Shown: positions 12,860-23,495 of the stretch, piece by piece
How the letters are laid out: the number at the start of each line of letters is the position of its first letter
Numbering within the stretch: position 1 is the first letter of the stretch
Assembly: GCF_006345805.1 (NCBI RefSeq)
Contig: NC_042998.1
Location: 65,968,001 to 66,032,000 of the forward strand
Length of the DNA stretch: 64,000 nt
Origin: Octopus sinensis
Lineage: Eukaryota
Direction of reading: 5' to 3'
Made by a program: the position numbers and the translations under genes
Notes under the pieces: generated by a model
Seen by the model: the letters and a program-made list of their open reading frames with translations, nothing else
The model's database searches: none
What the model was told of the DNA's origin: nothing

Positions 12860-13900
12860 GAGGAAATGTTATTCATCAAATTAACTACCATTACAATCAA
12901 CACATTTTGCCAACGAATTACAAGTTTCTTTATTCCAGTAACATAAAAATCTGGAGTCCTGGAGCAGGTAAACACTTTGAACGCACTTTCAGCATCGGTT
13001 TTAATTTTGAACTACTTCTCTCACAGGAAAACATCAAGGTTCATGAAAAAGCGGTAGTCGGTAGTATAATGGACTGGAGAATAAGCTGTTGGGGATGAAA
13101 GTCCTAGCCAAATGCACTAGACTTCTGGAGCGTCATTAGGGAAATGTGTGGTCGAGCATTTTCATGAAGAATGATTGGCCCTTTTCCTTCATTTTGGCAA
13201 TTTCACGGCAATATGTTTCTGCAGTAAAAGTTCTTTTTTTCCCAGGCTTTAAGAAGTTATAATGGAGTCCATCAGTACACTATAACCTTCTTTTGGAAGG
13301 GCACGGATTTAGGAAATTTTTCGGTGTTTCATTTTGATCCAGACACTGCGATGCACGATTTTTATTATTGTACAAAATCCACTTTTTGTTACAAATTACA
13401 ATACAGTCGAGAAATGGATCGCTCCAGTTATAGGACAAGAAGCGACTAGCAAATTTCATATCTGCGCATGTTTTCATTTTCATTTAAATCGTGTAACACA
13501 TTTATCGAGCCTTTTTGATTTTCCGATCGCATGGAAATGGTTGCAGGCTGTTCTGTGGCTAACTTAAAGTGCTTTTGTAAGTTCTCGAGTGGTTTTACGT
13601 GGGTCTTTCTTAATTACGGTCTTTAATTGACAGTCATCGATGACAGAAGGCCGTCCACTAAACTCCCAGACTTCAAGGCTCAGGTTTTCACTGCAAAATC
13701 GTTGAAACCATTTTCAAGCTGACCATTCACTAGCCATTTCCTCACCAAACGTTTTGTTGATATCACGTGCAGTTGCAGCTGCTTTACGTCCTTTTTTAGA
13801 GTTGAATAGCAAAATTCCTTGAATATCGCTCTTTGACAGTTCCATTTCAGACGATTTTTACAACAGTGAGAAAAATATTAATGGTAATTTATTAATGCAT
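12860..13900 (-). mobile_element. Near full-length decayed mariner transposase
   Basis: ATG at 13845 gives MELSKSDIQGILLFN...SGRPSVID...RKTTREL. Further on are FLDCIVICNKKWILYNN (TCDEKW motif) and a C-terminal GIKKLVIRWQN. Confidence 0.9.
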
Positions 13901-13959
13901 TTGGCCAAGTATATGTCTGTCTTATCAGATAATAGCAAAACGTGTTTTAAAAAATGTAT

Positions 13960-14325
13960 ATTAGGTTGTCTCACATATAATGTATTTTAAATGGGATTTT
14001 TATGTGTCATCTACAAATGGATTTTTAATGAGTTTCTATGTTTATGCTTGTGTATACTCTAAATTGTTTTCCATTCTAAACAATATTATTATTCAAACTT
14101 GCTACCCACAGGACTTATGATAATGTTGACAACTGAACAATACCGAATCATTTCCTTGTACGAATACAAGATGGCTCACTCTGCCACAGAAGCTCTTCGA
14201 AACTTCAAGTGGGCCTTTTACAATGATTCTGTTGGCATTACAACTGTTCAAAGATGATTCCAAATGTTTCGTTCAAGAAACGAAAGCCTAAACAATGAAT
14301 CAAGAGGGTGGACAAAGTCAGTTAT
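13960..14325 (+). mobile_element. Mariner 5' fragment, head-to-head with the previous element
   Basis: TA-ttaggttgtctcac TIR-like start; MLTTEQYRIISLYEYKMAHSATEALRNFKWAF...TVQR*FQMFRSRNESLNNESRG. Confidence 0.75.
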
Positions 14326-14327
14326 GA

Positions 14328-16067
14328 TGGTTTGGGGGCTGGGCTTAGAGGTCAGAATGGTGTGAGTTTGTGTGTCTCTGTGTACGTCTCTATGTGTGTG
14401 TGTATACGCATGTGTTTGTGTGTGTAGGCCATTTTCGATTGATCCCAGACTTTATTGTGGTGTGTGTATATGTGTGAACGTTTGTGTGTGTGTATGTATG
14501 TGATTAATATTTGTTAGGGTGTTGTGTGTGCGCAGGTGTGTGTATGTGTGCGTCTCTGGGTACGTGTGTATGCTGTGTGTTTTGCTTCTCTTGGTGGCGA
14601 TGTTATGTGTGTATACGTGAGCGCATGTGTACATAAGTGTGTGTGTGTCGCTCTGTCTGAGTATGTTTGTATTTTTATGATTGTCTTGATGTTGTGTGTG
14701 TAGGTATGTGTGTGATTGGTATTTGTCAGAGTGTATGTATGTACGTGAGTGTGTGTGTGTGTTGTGTCTGTCTCAGTCTGTTTGTGTTTTAATTGTCCTT
14801 GTGGAACGTGTGTGTATGAGCTACCGTATGTGTGTGTGGGTGAATGTGTATGTGTGTGTGTGGAGGTATGTTTGGGTGTGCATGTGTGTGTAAGTGTGTA
14901 GTATTTATTAGGGGTTCTGTGTGCGTCCGTTGATGTTGGGTTTATCTGGGTGGTGTGTATGTGTGCGTATGTGCGTTTTGTGTATGTTGGTACTGAGTAT
15001 GCGTTTGTGTGTGTGTATATATGTGGGTATGGTTTATGTAGTTTCCGGGGGATGCTGCATTTGTGAGTGATTCTTTTTGTTTTATTATTGGTAGTGCAGT
15101 GTATGTGCATGCGTGTAGGTGTGCTTGTTTGAGTGCGTTTATATGTCTTGTAATTGTCGGGGAGGTGTGTGTCAATGTGTCTGTACATGTGTGCACATAT
15201 GCGTATGTGTTTGTGTGGGTTGCGTTGTAGTTGCGTGTTTGTGTGTGTATGTGTGTGTTTGTGTGAATGTGATTTGTAATTGTCGGGGTTGTATGTGTAG
15301 GTGTGTGCATGTACGTGTTTACATATGTGTGTATGTGTGTGTGAGTACTGGTTATTGTTGCTATAATCATATTGCAAGTGTATATATGCATATGCTTTTT
15401 CTTGGAATGTGTGTGGGTTTGTGCTCTAGTGTGGGGATAATGTGTTTGTCCGTGTGTGTATATGTATGTGTGTGTGTGTTTACGTCGGAGGTTTGCATTG
15501 CATTTGTGAGTGTGTGATTTTGTATATATGTACGCCTTTCTGTGTGTGTTTGTTTTGGTTGTGTCCCTGGGGGTATGTTAGAAAACGTTGAGTTTTGGTC
15601 TGTATTTTTGAATAAGATTATTTTGCCTATTTATTCGTGTTTGGTCAGTGGTATTGTCCTGGTATTGGTATAGTGGGAAAAGTAGGAATTTGGGGGACTT
15701 GTTGTGTGCACAGAGATATAAATGCCAACTAAGTGGTATCTGTCTTGTGGTGGGATCCCCCAATTGTTGGCGGTGAACTAACATACTTTCTCTGAGGGTA
15801 AGCTTGTTTGCCTTATGTAATCTTTGTGGCACCCTTCACACCTTTTGGCATAAAGTAAATTCTTTGATGCACACATATACACACACCATCCTAACAAATA
15901 TAAAACTCACACAGACATATTTACATACACCACAATAAACACTGGGACCAATCAAAAACGGCCCACAAACAAAAACACCTGTATATTATCACACACATAG
16001 AAACGTACACAGACACACACACACACACTCACACCATTCTGACCTGTAAGACCAGTCCCAAAAACCA
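14328..16067 (-). mobile_element. Penelope-like element 3' portion (GIY-YIG endonuclease) bounded by about 200-bp inverted pseudo-LTR arms
   Basis: 15860-15578 reads SKNLLYAKRCEGCHKDYIRQTSLTLRE...HRQQ...RQIPLSWHL...KYRPKLN. 14328-14530 is the reverse complement of 15870-16067. The interior is cryptic (CA)n. Confidence 0.85.
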
Positions 16068-16612
16068 CTGAACCGTGACAGACTATCCCAGAAAGAAAAC
16101 ATTCTTTCATTTATACATTGCTCTTCTTTCCCCTACCCCAACCAACCTCCCACACTGTCCCTTAAAATAGCAAATAACCCTAATCTTCACACAAAATAAA
16201 AATTGCTAAAACAGGTAGGTTCATCTCAAATTTTTTTGTAAACTCTTAAACATATCTCCTTCTGTGTATATGTATCCTACCAAACAAACATGATTTTATT
16301 GAACTCCTAATACTTATTCTGTGTATGTATATAGATACTTCCAAACAAACATGATTTTTATTGAAGCCCTAATCCTTTTTGTTCAATGTTTTCTCAGATA
16401 TTTCCTTGTAAACTGTTTTTAACATTATATACTTATTATTATTGTTATCAAAGAATGTATATATGTATTTTAATACATATATATCACTACTTAACATAAC
16501 AAACCTTATACAAAGCTGTACATTTTACTTTTGGCAAACTTTTTCTAAAAAGTGAAACCGGTCAAGTGAATTAAACTTTTTTAAATTGCATTTTCAAACC
16601 TTTCATATATAC

Positions 16613-16787
16613 ATACGACGGTCTTCTATAAGTTTCCGTCTAGCAAATCCACTAAAAAGGATTTTTCCGGCCCAAGGATATGAGGATATAATAGGAAATA
16701 CTTGTGTAAGATGCAACGTAGTGAGACTGAACGCAGAATCATGTGGTTGGAAAGCAAGCTTCTTATCACTGGGCCACGCCTGCACCT
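16613..16787 (-). mobile_element. SINE family B, head half
   Basis: Reverse complement aggtgcaggcgtggccc...agaagcttgctttccaaccacatg...gttcagtctcact. Confidence 0.75.
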
Positions 16788-17140
16788 ATACACACACATG
16801 TGCAAGCCCCTGTGTATGCGTATCTGTCATCTACTATGCATTTACTTATATGTATATTGATAAATCAGTTATTGTCGTCGTATCTCTAAACTAATCATTG
16901 TTGTTAGTGTTCTGCTCACACAATGCAAAAAATACTACTCATTGTTTCGTGTTAAAAAAGAAAGAATAAACTGCATAGTAAATTACTATGGTCTGTTTTT
17001 TAGCATACTTCTGCTGCGGTTTCAAATTCTCGAAACGATTCACTCAAATAATACTTGAGCCATAAATTTAAATAGAATCATAAGGGAATATTACATATCT
17101 AATAGCTTATCAAGACACAGAAAAATATTGTTTGACAAAA

Positions 17141-17463
17141 TAGCATGGTAGTCCTGGTTTAGGACGAATGTTGCTGTAATTTAGCCCCAGGAGACATTGC
17201 CTTCAGCTGGCTAAAGGACATGTTCTGTGTCTTCGAACAAGGGTATCCAGCACCCCCACTCAGCTCAAAACAATATCTGTGTATCGCGATTTCCGGTTTA
17301 TTTCCCTCCATAAGCTCAATTATTCTTTGTTGATCAAGGGAAAGAAGGGGTGCTAGATTCCCCTGTTCGAAAATATAAGGCCATGTCGTCTTTCCAGCTG
17401 GAGAAAATGTCTACTTGGGCTAAATTACAGCAAAATCCGTCTAAAACCAGGACCGCCATGTTA
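17141..17463. mobile_element. MITE with about 115-bp terminal inverted repeats and TA ends
   Basis: The left arm agcatggtagtcctggtttaggacgaatgttgctgtaatttagcccc...agcacccc is mirrored at the right end; there is no ORF. Confidence 0.85.
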
Positions 17464-17556
17464 TGTTGGGAAGCAATCTTTACTCCAAGGTACCATTGCT
17501 GGATATCTGTCATTTGAGATTTACAAATAGCAATTTACTAACAGAAAATATAAAAT

Positions 17557-17590
17557 AAGCGTTAAAGTGGTTGTGTGCAAAGCGCTTTGT
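17557..17590 (+). mobile_element. Detached, decayed 5' head of SINE family B
   Basis: aagcgttaaagtggttgtgtgcaaagcgctttg aligns loosely (about 22/36) with the head aggcgcaggagtggctgtgtggtaagtagcttg; the rest of the SINE resumes at 19822. Confidence 0.5.
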
Positions 17591-17722
17591 TCAAAGCCTC
17601 CCTGGACCTCAAGTGGCCTGAACTCTTTACATGAACACCACCCTGTACTTAACTCCATGTCCCCCTACATGGCCTTGTTATTTGCTTTTGAGCCAAATTA
17701 ACTAACTAACTAACTAACTAAC
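17591..17722 (+). mobile_element. 3'-end stub of an unidentified retroelement with (AACT)n tail
   Basis: Unique about 105 bp ending ggccttgttatttgcttttgagccaaattaactaactaactaactaactaac, placed between the SINE head and the TSD. Confidence 0.45.
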
Positions 17723-17843
17723 TAGCTTGCTTACAGGTTGCTTCTACGCATGTGCAAGTCAGTGTTGTGCTTGACACCGAAGATGTAAGATGTGTTTTTG
17801 AAAGCCGTCTTAAATTGAAGACTTTTGAATACTCAGCCGTAAG

Positions 17844-18390
17844 GTAAGAATTTTGGGGGTTTAGTGGGGACCTGTTGTATGTTTCAAATTATTTTTACAA
17901 GCAACAAGTCCTCACTAGGCTCTAGTCTACCGGAGGCTGAGTGAAAATATTATTCACTTAATTGTGAAAATTATTGGTTTGGTAGGAATATCCTGCCAAA
18001 CGTTTGTTTGAAAATAGTGTTGTTCCTGTTATGGAGGACCTAGAAGAAATTTGGAATGATTTTTTAACTGTTTTACAGTTGGGTTAAATTTTGGCCGTAA
18101 CGGTGAATTGAGAATTTTTTTTAAAATTCTTCTTGTGAAATCTAGTGGGCGTATCTCGCCAAAAAAAAAAAAGAATAAGCCATTTGGATTACCTTTTTGG
18201 ATAACCTTTTTGGAGTTTTATACAAAGGATTCCCTGTCTGTGCTAGTTGTGAGATTTTTCTTTTACTTTTCCCTTCTATTATTTCTTTCTAAAATATTTG
18301 GTTCATTCTTTTCATTAATTTAATTTCAGTTTCATCCCCTCCCCTCCCCTTTATTTTGTTTCATTTTTATTCGGTTTAATTTTTTGACAG
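17844..18390 (+). other. Putative spliceosomal intron in the element's 5' UTR
   Basis: Donor AAG|GTAAGA at 17844; pyrimidine tract and GACAG| acceptor at 18390, 36 nt before ATG 18427; alternative acceptor ttttacag at 18078. Confidence 0.55.
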
Positions 18391-18426
18391 ACTGTCTTTG
18401 GAACTACTTTTGAACTTTTTTTTGAC

Positions 18427-19494
18427 ATGGCAGAGAAGGAACTTAAAAAGAAAAACTCGGCCTTAGAGTGGGAAATTAACCCGCCTAAGCAATGGTTAAA
18501 AGATATGGAGGAGAAAACGATGGTACTTAGAACATATTCTAAAGTTCTTAATTCCATCACCGTCTTCCCAAAACAAGTCATAAAAAATGAACTTAAAGAA
18601 CATTTGTCCTCTGTAAAATATATATCCCGTGGTGTCAAACATGCAACCGTATGGTTGCTGTTTGACAACGGGGAAAAAGCTCGCCCGTTTGCGAGTCAGC
18701 CTTTAGAAGGCAAGGAAATCCTGTTTCTCCCGTCATATTGTGGAAGAAAATTAATACGAGCCTGGATATCCGGTGATACTTGAGGGACGTCCCCCAAAGT
18801 GCCACTCGTGCCTGCAGCCAGGCCACATTAAAAGGAACTGCCCCAGGACCATGTTAAGGTCCTGGAACAGTCACCAGATGCCACCTCTCCTACCCGGTCA
18901 AAGGGAGAGATGGATGTGATCGAGCAGGCTTCAGCCTCCTCAACTCAACAAGGATTAAAAAGGAAGAAAGCGGGCAAAAATAGTTGCCCGCCGAAGGAAC
19001 CTATGGCTTTGGGAGGCGGCGGAGCGTCTCCGGACAAACCGGAAGGGCTCCACTCTCCCGAAGCCAGGAAGAAAAGAAAAAAAGAAAGAAGAAGAACGGG
19101 TCATCTCAGCAGGGAGATGATGTGCCGACTGCATGTTCCGAAGTTGTGCCACCCACGGTGGAAGAAACCACCCCCACCCTTAAAGATGATCAATTAATTA
19201 TCTTTTTCTACAAGGGCGGTGAGGTGGAAAAAAATAGTAGAAGAACTTAAAGAAACAGTAGATATGCCCTTCACAGTGGATCTCGAATGGCCTCCGCAGA
19301 TAGCTGTGGAGGTCATAAGGTTTCCCTTGTGAGAAAGGCTTAAAAGATTTGGGGAGGAGTGTCGCATATTGCCGGGTGGCCCTTACACGACTTACATGTT
19401 CTACATGAGTGAGGCATGGAAAATGGCGGGATACAGGAACTCAAGCGGCATTTATGATAATGATGAATATATCGATGGATATATCAAAAAGTAG
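18427..19494 (+). pseudogene. Gag-like ORF1 (CX2CX4HX4C zinc knuckle), frameshifted
   Basis: MAEKELKKKNSALEWEINPPKQWLKD...; VILEGRPPKCHSCLQPGHIKRNCP (knuckle 18800-18841); basic KKRKKERRR tract; C-terminal ...GYRNSSGIYDNDEYIDGYIKK* with stop at 19494. Confidence 0.8.
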
Positions 19495-19821
19495 GAGGTG
19501 AAAGACCCTCGTTACAGAGGTTGAAACCTCACCTTATTGGACTATTTTGTAGTGGTTTATAACCTCAATTTTGTGTTTTAAGAAAGAAAAAAAAGAAAAT
19601 ATGTTAAGTAAGAGGTTTTAGTGCCTCCTCCTTGTAAAAGGTTCGAAACCTTATATTGATTTAAAAGAAAAAAAAGAAAAAATGTTTTCGAGAAAAATCC
19701 AATCGGCGGGTGTTGGGTTTCGTCTCTCAGTTATTCATTATAATTCATTTCATTGATTAATGTCTTTGGCCAGCCCGAACAGCTCATTGTACTGTCTATA
19801 TGACAAATTTATGAAATAAAA

Positions 19822-20305
<484 letters not shown>

Positions 20306-21189
20306 ATACTCACTTTATCCCAAAGCTTTCTTTCGTTAGCAGGACGCGAGGACCACTAACAAAAGTTTGATATCTGAAGTCCGATTGTGGTTTCATATTA
20401 ATCCTTACTACATAGCTTCAAGAAGATTTGTTTTACACTATAAACTCAGGAAGTGATATTTTTAGGCAAAAATTATGTAAAAATCGTTTGGACAGAGAGT
20501 TATTCCTTTAGCATGATAGGCTGTGGTAGACTAGAAATGTCACATGATCTAAAATCGCACTGATGCTCCGTTCTCTAACAAAGAAAAGCCTCTAAGCTCC
20601 GTTAAAAATACTAAATGCCTTCCTAATTTATGCTCCTAATGTATTAGACAGGATAATAATCCTTTTGTTCTCAAACGATCTCATTATCGGGATTCGATAT
20701 ATAAATATACATGTTTAAATTCCTTAGTCCTTTTGCCTTCTATGTGTATTTGATATAGTTTAGGTGCTTCACTAAATCATTTGTGAATATCAGTTGTAAT
20801 ATTTCGCATGTATTACAAGACGTGTCTTATTGCATGCCTCTCAATTCAAAATACAAGCGAGTGACAATGCAATACTAATAACAATGGTAACAGTTAACGC
20901 GTTCTGAGTGAATCAACAAAACCCAGGGAAATGAACTAGAAAAAGGGAAGCGGTAAGCATATGCGATGAAATAGCTCGAGATTAATATCCGAAGTAAGAT
21001 AGAGAGAGTATGACATAATTATGAATATGTACTGGGCATAATATCTGGCAAAAAGCCACGTAAATGTGACTTTACTTAAATGCAACAATATATCTTTCAG
21101 TTGAGTGTTTTCAGATAAAGCAACTTGCCAAAAAATATGCAGTGAAAAATGTATCTGCCTTTATGGTCATATGTATACATGACAATAAA

Positions 21190-21600
<411 letters not shown>

Positions 21601-22656
21601 TGTTGTATGTATGGGCTTATAAGCTTATGTATGTGTGTGTATTTCATTCTAAGATCAAATGTATTCTTTGATCAAACCTGAAACATAATTATGCAGAGAC
21701 CATAAATATTAATAACTGGTATTACACTATTCTTTATACATTGATGTATTTGAACGTGAGTTGTGTGGTCTATATATTATTCTCTCTTTCTTCAATAGCA
21801 AAAATATAAGCCAATGAAAGGAGAAATAATTTGAACACATGTCAAGTTCTATACAGTTATATTTTTTCTTATTTTGACACATAAATTGTTTGATCATTGT
21901 TTTTTATTACCTGTATTATTGCTTTTATGTTATAATAGATTTTTTTGGTCTGTGTTATCTTCCAAAATTTATTTTTTTCCATATTTTTTTTTCTATTCAG
22001 TGTAAAGTTGTATGAATCTGCAAATTTAATTACCCTCACATGGTAAGTCCGAATATATGATTCAGACGCATTACAATATGGATATATATGGCGTCTGAGA
22101 AATATGCTTATTGCTACGTAATATACTCGAGATTGTTATATTTAACACAAAATATTTTAAATATTATGTTGTCTGTACAAAATATTATTGATATTATTAC
22201 CAGAGTGTGTGAAGAATGCTGAATATTTCTGTAATGGAATTTTCATCCACAGTTTTGGTGCATCTTTTATTGTAAATAATTATTTACTTATTATGAGGGA
22301 ATGGTAACTTCTAGTAATTCTATAGAAGCTAGTTTGAAAAAGCAGACTGAAGCAAAGTATTGAAATGAATGTAGAAGTTTCATGCTTTTCATTTGTGTCA
22401 TCAGTGAAAATATACTAATTTTTATATGAGTATATTGTCATCTATCATGCTCTATATACTATATTGTTTATATATTAGTTATACACACTCATAGCCACAC
22501 ATATATGGATGGATGGATGGATGGATGGATGGATGGAATGTTCATCAGTAGATTCAACGGCCATCTAACAACTATGAAGGATAGAACCGGTAATGTTGGT
22601 TTAGATATCTCTGTCAGAAGTGGATAAGTTTGAGGTTAACATCTGCAACTTTGATT

Positions 22657-23140
22657 GCATCGAATGATGTTAGCAGTTCTTTTTATGGGCAAATGTATAC
22701 ACTGTTCTGAGCGTTGGCTTGGCCATGTGCCGGGGCGCCTGGTAAAGGTACAGGCCTCGCTTGATTTTCAAAATCCCTGTTTATTCATTTCTATCATGCA
22801 TCCTTTGTGTACTGAAATCTATGGCTGTAGACAAAACAATCAGTGAAGAAAATCAACAGCTCAGTTAAGAGGTGCCTGGGTGTAGGAGGTGAAATTCTAT
22901 GAGCACCGTTTGTTTGAGGCACCCATCGTTGCCCCGTTTCTGTGAAAGTCATGTGTCTCTACAGTACAGAGAAACCTCATCGTTGCTGCTCGTATCTATG
23001 GAAACAATCAGCGACAGCCTTCGTAACCGAATTGCAGCCATCATCTGCGGAGTAAAAGGGCATGCGGCGAATGAATGAAAATGGATATTTACAATTGACT
23101 CAGTAGAAATGGCTGAAGAAGTAAATAAGAAATAGGTACA
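22657..23140 (+). mobile_element. Probable Academ (XPG-type) DNA transposon relic
   Basis: Across frames ASNDVSSSFYG (cf. GCDTVSSFYG H3TH motif), CSERWLGHVP, and YLWKQSATAFVTELQPSSAE*KGMRRMNENG (cf. AGYxWxQS...LPSPxxWGW). It is heavily decayed. Confidence 0.5.
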
Positions 23141-23179
23141 TGTATTAATGGTCCTCTCCATGTAGGTCCTATGTACCTG

Positions 23180-23495
23180 CTATTCACTTCTCTTCCCTTC
23201 TTTCCTCTTCTCGTCTTTTCTACCCCTTCTTACTTTCTCCCTGGTCTTTTCTTCAACCTCACCTTTCTACCTCACTTTACCCCAATTCCCCTTCCTTTCT
23301 TCGTCATCTTCTAATTCCTTCTCCTCCTCTTACAGCTTCTCCCCCTTATTATTTCCCTTCCAACTCTACCTCCTCTTCCTCCTCTTTCTGATGTTCGCCT
23401 TCCTCTTCCTCATATTTCCCATTCTCATCTCCCTCCTCCTCATCATCATCAACATCCCCTCCCCCTCCTCCTCATCATCATCCTCGCCATCCCCA
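23180..23495. repeat. Polypyrimidine (CT-rich) low-complexity tract
   Basis: Direct reading. Confidence 0.8.

Larger units (their letters stand above)
17735..19821 (+). mobile_element. Tx1/L1-like non-autonomous retroelement carrying ORF1 only
   Basis: Flanked by the TSD tagcttgcttac (17723-17734) / tagcttgtttac (19822-19833). It has a gag-like ORF with a CCHC knuckle, no EN/RT, and an A-rich 3' end (gaaataaaa). Confidence 0.75.

Noticed and set aside
14514-15517. Long ORFs (287, 149 and 132 aa) rich in H/T or C/V
   Set aside because: They are translations of the cryptic (CA)n/(TG)n interior of the Penelope element, not genes
18351-19152. Minus-strand ORFs 18351-18668, 18635-18826 and 18955-19152
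   Set aside because: Antisense shadows of the gag-like ORF1
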